A stretch of 64,000 nt of DNA, taken from Malacoraja senta (lineage: Eukaryota). Below are positions 1 through 13,453 of the stretch, one piece after another. Under the pieces are notes generated by a model. That model saw only the letters and a program-made list of their open reading frames with translations. It made no database searches and was not told the origin of the DNA. The stretch spans positions 374,001 through 438,000 of the forward strand of contig CM076001.1 of the NCBI GenBank assembly GCA_038087875.1. Direction: 5' to 3'. The position numbers were made by a program, and so were the translations under genes. Numbering within the stretch: the stretch's first letter is position 1; every line of letters starts with the position of its first letter.

Positions 1-249
1 GGTGGTTATAACAGACCATAGTGGCTCTGGGGGAGAAGGAAGAGGCAGTAGCGGCATTGGGGGGTCAGCAAGAAACAGCAGCAGGTGAGAGGGGCTCGCT
101 GGTGCACCTAGCGAGTCGGGAGTGGGGTCGGAAGCCGGGGATGGGTTAACAGGTCATTCCATCCACATTCAGTTCACAATGCCATCTGTGGCCATTCAGG
201 GAATTTAAACTGAGCTCTTGTAATTTTGACGGAAAATCAGTGTTCAACC

Positions 250-530
250 TTTAGTTTAGTTTAGCTCAGAGATACAGAGCAAAAAAAGGCCCTTCGGCCC
301 ACCGAGTTCACGCGAATTAACACTACCCACACACTAGGGACAATATACATTTATACCAAACCAATTAACCAACAGACCTGTGGAGTGTGGGAGGAAACCA
401 AAGATCTTGGAGAAAACCCACGCAGGTCATGGGGAGAACGTAGTAACTCCGTACAGAAAGCACCCAAAGTCAGGATCGAACCCGGGTCTCTGGCGCTGTG
501 AGACGGTAGCTCTACTGCTGAACCACTCAT
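250..530 (-). mobile_element. tRNA-derived HE1/V-SINE-like SINE
   Basis: B box GGTTCGATCC, core GGTTTCCTCCCACACTCC and (CTAAA)n tail. Confidence 0.85.
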
Positions 531-1169
531 CCACCCTACTACTCAAGTGGTGATGTAAGGCATGTAGTTGAATGACATTGAATAAATATCTAAATGAGAA
601 CTTGAATTACTAGGGCAGAGATGGCAACAATCCTGGTAAATGTAACTTGTACTTCCTGGTTGGTAAGGGCACAGTGAACCAAAGGATATGCTTCTGTGCA
701 GTATAGATCATATGCTTTGAAAAGGAACTCTTTCTTTGGTGGTCAGACTAATGATCTTTGTCCCTTTCATAAAGTAATTACATTAAGTAAATGCGTGGTT
801 AGCATGAAATCGATGGATTGAAGGGTCTGTTTCCACAGTGTCTGACTCTACGACTCCAAAGTACCTACTGATAATAGCATTCCCATGGTAAATGTGGATA
901 AATGGCAGTCTTAAAGTTACAATGAATACCATGTGTGGAAATGTCAAACCGAGTGCCAGGATTAGAGTCTGTAAGAATACTACCATCAACAACCCAGCAG
1001 TTAATAGTACGTTAGACATCAATGTGTTAAAAGAGTTCCCATGAAAGACCTTAATTTGTAACTTGTTCATCTTCCGCTGATCTCGATAATTTGAAATTGC
1101 AGAGTGTGGTACAGACTGAATCTCTGCCAAACTGTGTCACACACAGCGAGGAACCTGAAGGTTGTAATT

Positions 1170-1485
1170 TCCACAGAGTGCAGCTGGTAGAGCTGCAGCC
1201 TCGCAGCGCCAAAGACCTGGGATTGATCCTGATGCCGTGGAGTTTGCACTTTCTCCCGGTGATGCATGCGCTTTCTGTGAGTGCTTCAGTTTCCTTCCAC
1301 ATCCCAAAGGTTTATAAGTTAGTTGGCATCTGTAAAATTGTCCCTAGTGTGTCGGGAGTGGATGAGAAAGTGGGTTAACATAGAACTAGTGACTGGGTGA
1401 TCATTGTCAGCATGCACTTGATGGGTTGGAGGGCGTCTTCCCACATTGTATCTTTAAACTGTATCTCTAATCTAAACTAAACAAT
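1170..1485 (+). mobile_element. HE1/V-SINE-like SINE, older copy
   Basis: Degenerate tRNA head, core and tail. Confidence 0.75.
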
Positions 1486-1559
1486 TTAAGACAGATTTCA
1501 CTCACCTATGAACATCGATCTCTCTCTTATAATATATATACTGTTTATGATGTATATAT

Positions 1560-2280
1560 ATAAATGACAGACATAATTGTAGACAGACTGGTTAGTAAGT
1601 TTCCAGATGACACCAAGATTGCTGGGCTCATGAAAGTGAGGAAGGCTGTCAAGGTATACAGTGGGATATAGATCAGCTACAGAAATAGCGGAGAAATGGC
1701 AGATGGAGTTTAATCCGAGCATGTGTGAGGTGTTACACTATGGAAGGTCAAATGTAAGTGGAAAATATACAACTAGCGGCACGACCCTCGACAGCATCGA
1801 TGTACAGATTGATCTTGGGGTCCAAGTCCATAGATCCCTGAAAGTGGCAACAGAAGTAGATAGAGTGGTTAAAAAAAAAGGCATATAGTATGCTTGCCTT
1901 CATCGGTTGGGGTATTGAGTATGAGTCTAGAATGCCAGACGCTGCAGGGAGTCTTGATAGAAGTCTATAAAATTACGGGAGGCATGGATAGTGTAAATAG
2001 TCAGAACCTTATTCCCAAGATGGAAAAATCAAATACTAGAGGGATAGGTTTAAGGTGAAAGGGGATGTAAAGTGCAACTTATTTTTTACACAGTGGGTGG
2101 TGGTGGAGGTAGAGACAAAAGTGGTATTTAAGAGGCTTTTGCACAGGAATGTGGTTATGCAGGGAATGGAGGGATATGATTAAGTGTAGCTAGATGATAG
2201 ATGGTCGTGGCATTATGTTTGGTTATGACAGACATTGTGGGCCAAATGGCCTGTTGTTGTGCTGTATTGTTCTATGTTCT
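1560..2280 (+). mobile_element. CR1-type LINE 3' fragment, degenerate
   Basis: WQMEFNPSMCEVLHYGR and DLGVQVHRSLK motifs, followed by a typical 3' tail. Confidence 0.85.
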
Positions 2281-3004
2281 ATTATTTGGCCCCTGAATCA
2301 GTGTTGGAGGATATGAAACCACTACCTTTACTGAGCTCAGATTCAGCACATAATCCAGGAAGGTGCCACATTACAGGGAGAGTTATGTTTCAGACAAGAC
2401 AAAGAAGCAAAGGTCTGCCAGCCAGTGCTGTACAAGATCCCACGGTTATTGTGAAATGATCCAGAGGAGTGACGGGACTACAGCCAACTCTCCATCATCA
2501 GGGCAGAGCAACTCATCATTCATTCCACTGCCGTTTGTGGAACTATGCTGCGTGTCATGTTGTCTGAGCAAGTCGGTTATCAATAGTGACTTATTCACCC
2601 AGAGTGCCAAGGTGGTAAAGTATATGAGAAAATTGCAACCTGTCTTTTCCAAAATTCAACCACATAATCTTTATTTTCAATACTACTTGACTGAAATTGA
2701 TTTTTTTTCCAGAGTAATGCTGTTGCGACAATTTCCAGGTGGAACCATCGTCACCTCCTGTGGCAAATCACCCATGTGTAACCAGCATGATTTCTGCCTC
2801 AAATCCACATCAAATGATATCAAACCCACATGGGAGAGTAATGTGGTCTCTCTGAGGAGCATGTTTCATTGGCCATTCCCAAAACATCCCAATCCATGGA
2901 TCGCCACTGAGCTAAGTGTCGTTATCTACCCTCCACCCCTTTAGTGCCTCCCCTTCCATATGTCTGATGCAATGGCCCATTATTTGCAAATATTTTAGTG
3001 TTTC

Positions 3005-3316
3005 GGTTTAGTTTAAAATTTAGAGATACAGCATGGAAACAGGCCCTTTGGCCCACCGAGTCCACACCAACCAGCGATCCCCACACATTAACACTACCCT
3101 ACACAAACTAGGGAAACGTTTACATTTATACCAAGCCAATTGACCTACAAACCTGTACACATTTGGAGTGTGGGAGGAAACCAAAGATCTTGGAGAAAAC
3201 CCACACAGGTCATGGGGAGAACATACAAACTCCGTACAGAAGAACCCGTAGTCCGGATCAAACCCAGGTCTCTGGCGCTGTAAGGCAGCAACTCTACCGC
3301 TACGCTACCATGCCAC
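3005..3316 (-). mobile_element. HE1/V-SINE-like SINE
   Basis: Same head, core and tail as the other copies. Confidence 0.85.
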
Positions 3317-4244
3317 CTACAAATGGGCACTTTTAGCTACTGCACCAGGATAATGCTACAAAGTTATGAACAGAGGAAATGAAATTAAAAATAGAGTTTG
3401 GTTGGCTTGGACAGTTTTTGGCAGAGCTCTGCTTATAATATGGTATATATTATAGTTATAATATAATATACCTTGATCATGACAGGCTTTCCAATTTACC
3501 AAAGCTACATGTCCGATTAGTAAATTCATGACCAAGTACCACATGGTCGTGGGAAAGCATACGTATGCACACACACGCACATATGAACACTCACACACAC
3601 ACACACACACGTGCATGCACACATGAACACACACGCATCAAATATTGTCCCGCTGAGTTACTCCAGCATTTTGTGTCTACCTGGAAATTGTGAACTTAGC
3701 ATGAATCAACTCTCTATCTCCTGCCCTTCATGAGTAGTTCTTTGCCTTCGTTATAAATTATTCCCACTCTCAACATAACTAGAGGATTGCTATCCGGATC
3801 AATAACGAGAGGATTGCTATCCGGATCAGTAACTGTCAGTTCCAGTTTGTGACTCTCTTCTTTTGGTGAAAGCACCAATTTAAATAAAAAGCCGCTCGTA
3901 AAGAGTTTTCAGGGGTGGCACATTTGGTGGATCTGCGGCTCCCCGAGTGTGTAGGTGAACGGTGGAGTTTGAGGTGAGATGACAGGAGTGTGGAGGAAAG
4001 CAACTTTTAACGCAGAACATTCCAGTCTTCAGGACATCAAATTCCACCATTCCAGGTCATCCATCATTTCAGTTTTATATCCACATTTTCAGCATGTGTT
4101 TTAACTCTCTCCCTTTTTCTGGAATGCTGCTGATTTCATTCATGTCCTCCGATTTACACATCCTCCAGCTGCATCACATGTCCATCAGTAATCCTTTCTA
4201 CTCTTCCTCAGTTAGCACCACTTGTTTAGTTCAGTTTAGTTTAC

Positions 4245-5520
4245 TTTAGTTTATTGTCAAGGTACAGTGAAAAGCTTTTTTGTTGCGATCTAACCAGCCA
4301 GTGGAAAGACGACATGATTACAATCGAGTCTACCACAGTGTACATGACAAAGGGACAAAGGGAATAAAGTGCAGGATAAAGCCCAGTAAAGACCGATTAA
4401 AGATAATGTGAGGGTCTCCATTACAGTAGATAGTAGCCTAAGACTACTCTCTAGTTGCTCATAGGATGATTCAGTTACCTGATAACTGCGGGGAAGAAAC
4501 CTTTTCTGAAACTGGAGGTGTGCGTTTTCACACCTCTGTACCTCTTGTGTGATGGGAGAGGGGAGAAGAGGGAGTGACGGGGTTGAGACTTGTCCTTGAA
4601 TATGCTGCTGGGCTCACCGAGGTAGCATGAAGATTAGATGGAGTCAATGAAAAGGAGGTTGGTTTGTGTGATGGTCTGGGCTGCATCCACAATTCTCAGT
4701 AATTTCTTGTTGTCTTGGATAGATCTGTTCTCAAACCATGCCATGATGCATCCTGATAAAATGCTTTCTATGGTACATCTGTAGTTGATGAGAGTTGTTG
4801 GGGACATGCCAGACTTCCTAAGCCTTCTAAAGAAGTAGAGGCGTTGGTGTACTTTCTTGGCCGTTGCTTCACCATGGCTAGTCCAGGACAAGTTGCTGGT
4901 GATATTTACTCCTAGGAACTTGAAGTTTTCAACCATCTCTAATTGGCGCCATCAATGTATATTGGGGTATATGTACCGCTTCTTTTCCTGAAGTCGATCA
5001 CTGTCTCCTTTGTATTGCTGACATTGAGAGAAAGGTTATTGTCTCGACACCAGGTCACGAGGTTCTCAATCTCCTTCCTGTACTTCATCTAGTTTATATT
5101 TGATATCCCGCCCACAAAAATGGTGGCGTCCGTGGATTTGTAAGTTGAATTAGATTTGGCTTCACAGTGTGGGTGTCTAAGGAGTAAAGAAGGGGGCTGA
5201 GAAAGCATCCTTGCGGAGCATCAGTGTTGAGGATTATCGTAGAGGATGATTTGTCCCCTATCCTCACTGATTATAGTCTGTTGGTCAGGAAGTTGCAGAG
5301 ATGCCAAGTTCCACGGGTTTGGTGATGAGCTTTAATGGGATAATGGTATTAAAAGCAAACCTATAGTCTATGAATAGAAGTCTGAGGTAGGTGTCTCTCT
5401 GATCTGATGTTCCAGGGATGAGTGTAGGGCTAGGGAAATGGCATCAACCTCGGACCTGTTGTGGGGGTAGGCGAACTATCATGGGACAAGACCTCTTGGT
5501 AGACTTTTATTACCAGCCTT
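4245..5520 (-). mobile_element. Rex1/Babar-like LINE fragment
   Basis: ORF 4634-4936 FKFLGVNITSNLSW...YRCTIESILSGCI; RT remnant upstream on the minus strand. Confidence 0.8.
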
Positions 5521-5521
5521 C

Positions 5522-6330
5522 ATCTGTGAGGTTATCCACTTTGGTGGCAAAAACAAGGGGGCAGATTATTATCTCAGTGGGGTAAGGTTAGGTAAGGGGG
5601 AGGTGCAGCGAGACCAGGGCATCCTTGTACACCAGTCACTGAAAGTTGGCGTGCAGGTGCAGCAGGTAATGAAGAAAGCTAATGGAATGTTGGCCTTCAT
5701 AAGAGGATTTCAGTATAGGAGTAAAGAGGTTCTTCTGCAGTTGTATAGGGCTCTGGAGAGACCACATCTGGAGTATTGTGTACAGTTTTGGTCTCCTAAT
5801 TTGAGGAAGGACATCCTTGTAATTGAGGCAGTGCAGCGTAGGTTCACGAGATTGATCCCTGGGATGGCGGGACTGTCATATGAGGAAAGATTGAAAAGAC
5901 TAGGCTTGTATTCCCTGGAGTTTAGAAGGATGAGGGGGATCTTATAGAAACATATAAAGTTATAAAAGGACTGGACAAGCTAGATGCAGGAAAAATGTTC
6001 CCAATGTTGGGCGAGTCCAGAACCAGGGGCCACAGTCTTAGAATAAAGGGGAAGCAATTTAAGACTGAGGTGAGAAAAAACTTTTTCACACAGTGTGCTG
6101 TGAATTTGTGGAATTCCCTGCCACAGAGGGCAGTGGAGGCCAAGTCACTGGATGGATTTAAGAGAGAGTTAAATAGAGCTCTCGGGGCTAGTGGAAACAA
6201 GCGATATGGGGAGAAGGCAGGCACGGGTTATTGATTTGGGACGATCAGCCATGATCACAATGAATGGCGTTGCTGGCTCGAAGGGCCGAATGGCCTCCTC
6301 CTGCACCTATTTTCTATGTTTCTATGTTTC
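5522..6330 (+). mobile_element. CR1-type LINE 3' fragment
   Basis: LYRALERPHLEYCVQFWSP and NLWNSLP motifs; (TTTCTATG)n tail. Confidence 0.92.
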
Positions 6331-6559
6331 TATCTCCCATGGTTTTCATCTTATCACAGATCTTTCCTTTTGTTCTCACCAATTTGACTCCTATTTTAAA
6401 CACGTTTAATGTCTAATTCTTCCCAGTTTTGATGAAAAGACATGAATCTAAAATGTCAGCTTCTCCCACTAATGATGCTGTCTGGATTGCTGAGTATATT
6501 CTCTTCAAGTTACAAAGTGCAGCATCTGAACTTCATTCCTAAATATTGTGGGGCTTTAT

Positions 6560-7465
6560 TATAGACAATAGACAATAGAAAATAGGTGCAGGAGTAGGCC
6601 ATTCGGCCCTTCGAGCCAGCACCGCCATTCAATATGATCATGGTTGATCATCCACAATCAGTACCTCGTTCCTGCCTTCTCGCCATATCCCCTGACTCCG
6701 CTATCTTTAAAAGCTCTATCTAACGCGCTCTTGAAAGCATCCAGAGAATTAAGGCTCTGTCTTACCTGTTTGCGGTCATTGGCGGTGAAGCGCGGCAACG
6801 GCGAGAGCGTCGAGCCTATCCACCGGAGCGCCGCACGGATGCTGCGTGGGGGCCGAGTTAATTCAAACACGGCGGGTCCCACGTGCTTGTGGTAAGTAAA
6901 TAAAAGGGCGGGCCGACTGCGATGACGTCGGCCCGCCGCACGTGACTCACCAGCGGCGGCTGTGGCAGTGAACGGTTTGACGCACGGCGCTCAAGCCATA
7001 CTGGCGGCGGCCCGTGCGAGCGGCCGTGCCTCACTGGCGGCGGCACGTGCCTCACTGGCGGAGGCTGTGGCAGTGGAGGTTTGACGCACGGCGCTCGAGC
7101 CACACTGGCGGCGGCCCGTGCGAGCGGCCGTGCCGCACTCGTGCATCACTGGTGGAGGTTGTGCGGTGAGTATTTAGTTTTGGACATAGTCGATTTTATT
7201 TTAGCACCGCGCGGTGTTGGGAACACCGCCGCACGGCCCGGGAATTGTACTTTCTCACGAGTGCGCGGTCTATGGCGGCATACTCTTCCCGTTTCGCCGC
7301 CATAGACCGCAGACTCGTGAGACAGGCCTTTTAGCCTCCACTGCCTTCTGAGGCAGAGAATTCCACAGAATCACAATTCTCTGGGTGAAAACGTTTTTCC
7401 TCATCTCTGTTCTAAATGGTCCACCCCTAATTCTTAAACTGTGGCCCCTGGTTCTGGTTCTGGAA
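6560..7465 (-). mobile_element. CR1 3' end split by the MITE at 6752-7330
   Basis: RGYGEKAG and LWNSLPQKAVEA on either side of the MITE; (AGACAAT)n tail. Confidence 0.85.
6752..7330. mobile_element. PIF/Harbinger-type MITE, GC-rich, inserted in a CR1 3' end
   Basis: Imperfect ~35-bp TIRs (AGGCTCTGTCTTAC.../...GTGAGACAGGCCTT) with TTA flanks. The CR1 sequence resumes on both sides. Confidence 0.75.
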
Positions 7466-7469
7466 CATG

Positions 7470-7790
7470 GAAGAGCTACTGCCTCACAGTGCCAGAGTCC
7501 GGGGTTCGATCCTGACCACGGGAGCTGTTTGTACGGAGTTTGTACATTCTCCCCTTGACCTGCATGGGGTGTTCGCCGAGATCTTCGTTTTTCATCCAAA
7601 GGTACAGGTTTGTAGGTTCATTGGTATGGTATAAATGTAAAATTAGCCCTAGTTGTGTAGGATAGTGTACGTTAGGGTAATATTAATGAAGTGTAGGGTA
7701 GTGTTAACGTGCAGGGATCAGTATGGACTCGGTGGGCCGAAGGGCCTGTAACTCTATCGGCGTTGTACATCGACATTAAACTAAAACAAA
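7470..7790 (+). mobile_element. HE1/V-SINE-like SINE
   Basis: GGTTCGATCCTGACC head; GGCCGAAGGGCCTG tail. Confidence 0.85.
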
Positions 7791-8342
7791 GCTTTGGGGC
7801 ATACACAGTCCAAATGCAAACAAACCATTGAATACACTCAGAGATTGAACTCTCATCTCCATTCACAGCGGGATTAACAGTTGTCAATTGTCCTTATTTT
7901 AGAGAAGGAAGTCAATAGTCAGCTGATGAAGTTCTCAGGAAACAAAATACACAGTCCAGGTAAATTTTCCTTGAAGTTCTAAAACCAACCAGCCTTTATC
8001 CTTTGAATGAACTTAACAAACGAGTGCAAAGCCTGAAGACTGGCTCACAGCCAACTCAGCATCAAACATTAAACGTGGTGTCACATTGATCAGGCAGTAG
8101 TGGCAAACTTAACATCTGGTAAAATGTGAGACAGAAGGCATTAAGAAGCACTTTGATTGATATGGGTTCAGAGGAGAGAATCACCATGGATTTATGAAGA
8201 GGGATCACTCCTAATATTATTTTTTAAAGTGTGTTTCAAGGAAATGGTGGACTTCATTGCTGCAGTACATTTGGCATCTTTGGATTTTAACTGCAAGCCA
8301 AGAGAAATATAAATCAAATCCAGATTCTTTGGAATGTAGGAG

Positions 8343-11300
8343 AATAGTAAGATTAAACGAGAACTTACCAGTTTGAAGTTTGATCTTTATTTTATGAGGA
8401 GTTACGTTGAGTGATTACGTGAAGAACCCGCCAGCCCGCATGCGTGTCATTCTTCAAAGCAGCGGTGTGAAATCACAGATAACAGTTGATGAACTTAATA
8501 TAGTAAGATTAGAGAAACTAGAACTACCAGCTGGCCTTTATGAAAGAGGGTTGGGAGTGGAGGGGAGTGGAGGGCAAGTAATCACTCAACTATTTTACTT
8601 CGGAGTCACTTCGGAGTCACGTGAGTGACTACGTGAAGATTTCAAAACTCTGTGATTTCATGCCGTGAGAAACGAGTCTACACAACCACAACAGCTTCAA
8701 TTGACAGATAAGGGAAACATTCATGATGAATAAATAATAATAATAGTACCCCTCTCATCCAGGAGGAAACTATATAACTGAACCTAAAATAGAGTTGGCA
8801 AATACCCCTGGTCTGGCAATGGGTTATTATAAAATGTTTGGAAAACTAGTTCGTTAGACCATCCTGCAGTCGCTAGGATGTGGTCCAGAGGACCGTACAT
8901 AACCCTTGCTGCTGATGTTGTAGCAGCCCTGGTGGAGTGAGATTAGAAATGTAGTATCTACTCCTGCATAAGCCAAAGCCCCGTTTTAACCACCTGGAGA
9001 TGGTCTGAATTGATACCTTCTTATGAGGTTTTTTGTAACTAACAAACATAGCTAGTATCAGAGCCTCTAAGGCTCTAGGTGACCTAGACGTAATGTTGTA
9101 AATGTGTGACCACACATAACCGATGGTCCCTGGGGTATGCCATGAGGCTAGTTTGAGACCTGACGCCCCTTCTGCTCTGCTTAACTCAATCATAAACATA
9201 AAATATTATATTATTTGCAGATGTAACCATTCTGTCCAGTCGCAATTATGCGGAGACTGAACCCGTTGCGCTGAGACCAGCGCCATGAGGATAACTACCT
9301 TATGAGAGCCGGGCCAAAGCTAAGGATGTAGCTGGAGCCCCCTGGTGAAGTAGTGTTAACACAATGTCAATATCCCATACTGCCCTGTACTTGTCCTGGG
9401 AGAACTTGTGTTAAAGATATCCTTTACAAACTCAATATCCGAGGGTGAAACCCGACAGAGTGGGTCCCGTTCGCTGCAGCAAATATGATGGGAAGGCACG
9501 TTGGGCACAGTAAATGGCCCTATAACTTAATTATTGTCAAAGACCCATTTGAAAACGAACTCCAAGACGTCTGTACCGTATTAAATGTAACATTAGTATT
9601 TAAACAAAACGCTTCCCATTTCCTGAAGAGGAAATGTACTGCTTTTTTGGTGCTATCCCTGCACTCTGCAGTGAGCACATACATGGATCGGTATGACAAC
9701 CCAAGCCGTAGGAGCAGTCTATTCAGAATCTGCAAGTCAATAAATTGATTTTATCATGCAAAGGTTGGTTTCCCGAGCCACAGGCTGAACCAGCAAAGTT
9801 TACGATTAGAATAACCGTATAAGGTTGTATTATTATTCCCGACAAAAGCGGGAATCATGGCTGTATAGGCCAGTCAGACAGTACGAAAACCTAAAGCGGG
9901 ATATTGCTGACTTTATTTCAAGACCCGACTGATGTGGCAAAATGGAGGAAGACATAAAAGAACATTCCTCCTCCTTGTAGCGAGAATGTATCTCTCACCA
10001 CTGTTATGCCACATATTTTTGCAACCAGTGAATGAGCATGAAAACAAACATATCAATATTCGGTGTTCCATCGAACCATAATTTCATAAAATACTTTGTG
10101 ATCCAACACCCATTCTATGTTGTCATTGATCTGTACGTGATAATACACCAGTGGCAAATGAGATTTGGTAAATTATAACAGGATACTTTTACTTGATTGC
10201 ACCCATGTGACTAACATATGCCACCACCATAGTGTATCAACTTGAAGTTGAGCATGCAGATTATGCATATTTGCTCAATAACCCTTTAACCCATAGAATG
10301 CACCTAGTGTCTATAGATAGTTGATACCAATAACTGAAGAATTGGCCACTCACGCAAATCTCCTCCACCTCCGAACTAGAGATGACATTCGCAATTTTCC
10401 ACATTTGAGCACTTAGCATCAGTTTGTAATATAACTGAACTTTTACTGACCAAACTACTGGAGCAATGCTGAATATTTGTTCATCCATCATTGTGACTTT
10501 GGTAGCTTCAGCTGGTAATAGCATAGGCCTGTTAACAATGTCCTACATGGCACTTGAGAGGTTGCTACTTTGCACGATGTCAGTTCCCCCACTTGCACAG
10601 CTGAATCACAGCTACTATATTGCCAATTATTCTTGATGAATAGAAGGCTGCTTTATAACAACGGTTGTTACCAACTTTTATTACCTCCAATCTCTTGCCC
10701 CAGGGTGGAGTCACAGACTAGTTAATAGTTAAAGGTAAATCCCACTGATCAACAAGTCTATTTGGTATCAACTTAAATTTAACTGGATAGATGAGGAACC
10801 CCAATTTCTCAAATATAGTTGAGGCTGAAACAGCTGATTTTAGCAAAATACAGCATTAGAATATCATCCAAACAAGACATAACAAGTGTTTTTTGAACTG
10901 AGCAGTCCAACACCGATTTTAGTAATTTGGTAAATAACCTGGGAGCTGAAGTTAGCCCATTTTGCAATGCTTTACTGTTATCATTACCTCATCCAGATAT
11001 TTCAAATGTCTCCCGTGACCCCTGTAAATGGGAATTAAATAGAATGTATCTTTGATATCGATGCTTGCCATAAAGATCCTTATGAAAATCAGTTGTTAAT
11101 CAGTAACGAAGTTTCCTATTTGGAAAGGTTTATACTGCACATGCAAGTTAAACGACATTCTCCATCTTTCACAATGAACAGGCCACACCTGCCATCGTTC
11201 CGTGCCTGCTTCGACCGATAACTCTGGCCCGATTTCCGAGCCTGTCTTGAAAGACAATCCTGGCCCTAATACTGAGCCTGCCTCGAAAGACAACTCTGGG

Positions 11301-13094
11301 CATAATTCTGAGCCTGCCTCGAAAGACAACTCTGGCCATCATTCTGAGCCTGCCTCGAAAGACAACTCTGGCCATAATTCTGAGCCCCAATTCCAACCTG
11401 CTTGGAATGCTAGTATTGTGCAGTTTTACATGGTTAGATGCCGCTAAGTAGATGGCAATGCCTTAACCATTTGTGTGTTGTACAAAACAAGTGTAAATAT
11501 TACCAACTTGTAAGTGGTCCACTTACCCCATGTTTCGGAAGTGCCAGACCCACCTACCATGCCTGGTTATTCTTGGTTGTAGAGTAGAACTGGTGGGATG
11601 CGTGGAACCTTTGCTAAGCTTTCACGCTGCCATCAGCTTCAGTGAACCGCTTACTGCCGATGGAGGCGTGGGGTGTGTTGTCGCCGAAACGATGAAGCTT
11701 TGCTCATCGTTGGTACCTTGATTGGTCCGACAGCTTTTGCTTCCTCATCCAGGTTTTGCCTGTTGAATAGGTCTTACCTGAAGAGAAGATTCGGCGGCTG
11801 GCTCTAATGTCCCCCTTGATAGCGCTGTTCACAGCCGGCACTTGTAGCGTGAGGGGAACTCTGGCCCCTTCCGGGTATTCTGCCCACGGCTGGTAACCAA
11901 TTCTTCTGGCAGCAACACCTTCATTTGCGAGGATTCCCTTGAAGCCATACGCATGTGCTCCAGTATGTTCCACGGACATACTTTAGAATTTGAAGTCAGG
12001 TACACACTGACCACTCGCACTCCCCTCCACAGAGTGGGAGATTCGTAGGCAGCCCTGAAATAGGTGCTGCCGCAGGCCCCTGAGGATACCTGCGCGGATA
12101 TGGCCCCTCCAAAGGACCTATCAGGATGGAACATCCATACTCCATTTTTTCCTTGCAGGCACGTCGATTTAAGCCCTTCGTGCCTCGTGGTATGCTCTCC
12201 GCTATACCTTCGAACTCATGAGTCAGAAAACTGACCCCGATTGGCCAACTCTTCACCTAGCGGTTCTCCTGAGTCTGTTGGGATGGCAAATCTTGCTGCC
12301 AGGAATGGTACCTCTGACTCGTGCCCTTCATCCCTTGGGGTATGCTCCATGGCTATACCCACAGACTCTGCGTCAGGATAACACTGACCCCGCATGCTCT
12401 CCTCCTCCAAGAGGGAGACATTAAGCAGCCCTGAATCAGGTGCCGCTGGCGCGGGCTCTCGATGAGGCCGGCGCTGACACAACTCCTCCTGTTGGAGTGT
12501 ATCTTGGTGGAGCATCCTCTCCTTTAGGATCTCCATCCTGGACAACCGTCTAAAGACGTTATCCATTACCGGAGGGGAACCCTCCCGGCCCGACTCGTCC
12601 GAGTCCATAGGCCTGGCCGACTTATTGTTGGTTTTACCACATGTCCTGTGGACCACAATGGTCTGGGAGCCGCTGACTGCACTGTCAGTGACTCTGGTGG
12701 TGATACCTCCTTCCTCCTGGATTTACCCCCTCCACGGGAACCACAGCGGTCTGGGAGCCGCTGACCGCCTTGTCAGCGACTGGGGTAGCGAACCTGACGG
12801 CCGCGCTTCCGTGATGCGGACCTGGAGTGTCCCCACGGCCCATAGCCGGTTTCCCCGTGGCCCGTCCGGACTTCGCCCCGAAAACATCCAGCAGGAAACC
12901 TCTGTAAAAAGAGGTTCCTGCAAGAAAAATCAGAACCTGGTAAGAAATACAAAACTTACCTGTAGATTTAAACTTACCACTGGCAGGAGCGAAGCGCCTG
13001 CCAGTCCGGTGCTTCGCCATGCGACAGACGTAATGACACGCATGCGGGCTGGCGGGCTCTTCACGTAGTCACTCACGTGACTCCGAAGTAAAAT
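8343..13094 (-). mobile_element. DIRS1-like tyrosine-recombinase retrotransposon, termini intact, ORFs degenerate
   Basis: Inverted terminal repeats 8408-8451 vs 13032-13075 and an internal complementary region at ~8577-8639. Minus-strand RT remnants MASIDIKDTFYLIPI, ALQNGLTSAPRLFTKLLK and SCLDDIL (~10855-11070). YR remnants LMALVSAQRVQS, TISRWLK and SHSTRAA (~8830-9290). gag-like ORFs ~11700-13020. Confidence 0.9.
11203..11387. repeat. 36-bp tandem repeat (~5 copies) inside the DIRS element
   Basis: Unit GCCTGCCTCGAAAGACAACTCTGGCCATAATTCTGA, read directly. Confidence 0.92.
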
Positions 13095-13149
13095 GAGGGG
13101 GTGATTACTTAGTAATATAAAAGATGCTGAGTGGGCATTAGTTTTTAAT

Positions 13150-13453
13150 TTTGAGATACAGCACAGAAACAGGCCTATTGGTCCACCGAGCCAGTACCAA
13201 CCAGCGATCCCCACACACTAATACTATCCTACACACACTTGGGACAATTTTCACTTACACCAAACCAATTTACCTCCATACCTGTATGTCTTTGGAGTGT
13301 AGGAAGAAACCAAAGATCTCGGCGAAAACCCATGCGGTGATGGGGAGAACGTACAAACTCCGTACAGACAGCACCCGCAGTCAGGATAGAATCAGGGTCT
13401 CCGGCGCTGCAAGCACTGTAAGGCAGCAACTCTACCGCTGCGCCACCGTGCCG
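13150..13453 (-). mobile_element. HE1/V-SINE-like SINE
   Basis: Full head (A and B boxes) and core. Confidence 0.85.

Noticed and set aside
2363..2944. 193-aa plus-strand ORF
   Set aside because: No recognisable motif, non-ATG start and no supporting exon structure.
3781..3833. 27-bp tandem duplication (similar small ones at ~21246-21300 and ~30475-30520)
   Set aside because: Ordinary local slippage duplications with no further structure.
11203..11387. CRISPR-like 36-bp repeats
   Set aside because: Units are contiguous with no unique spacers, the context is eukaryotic and no cas genes are present.
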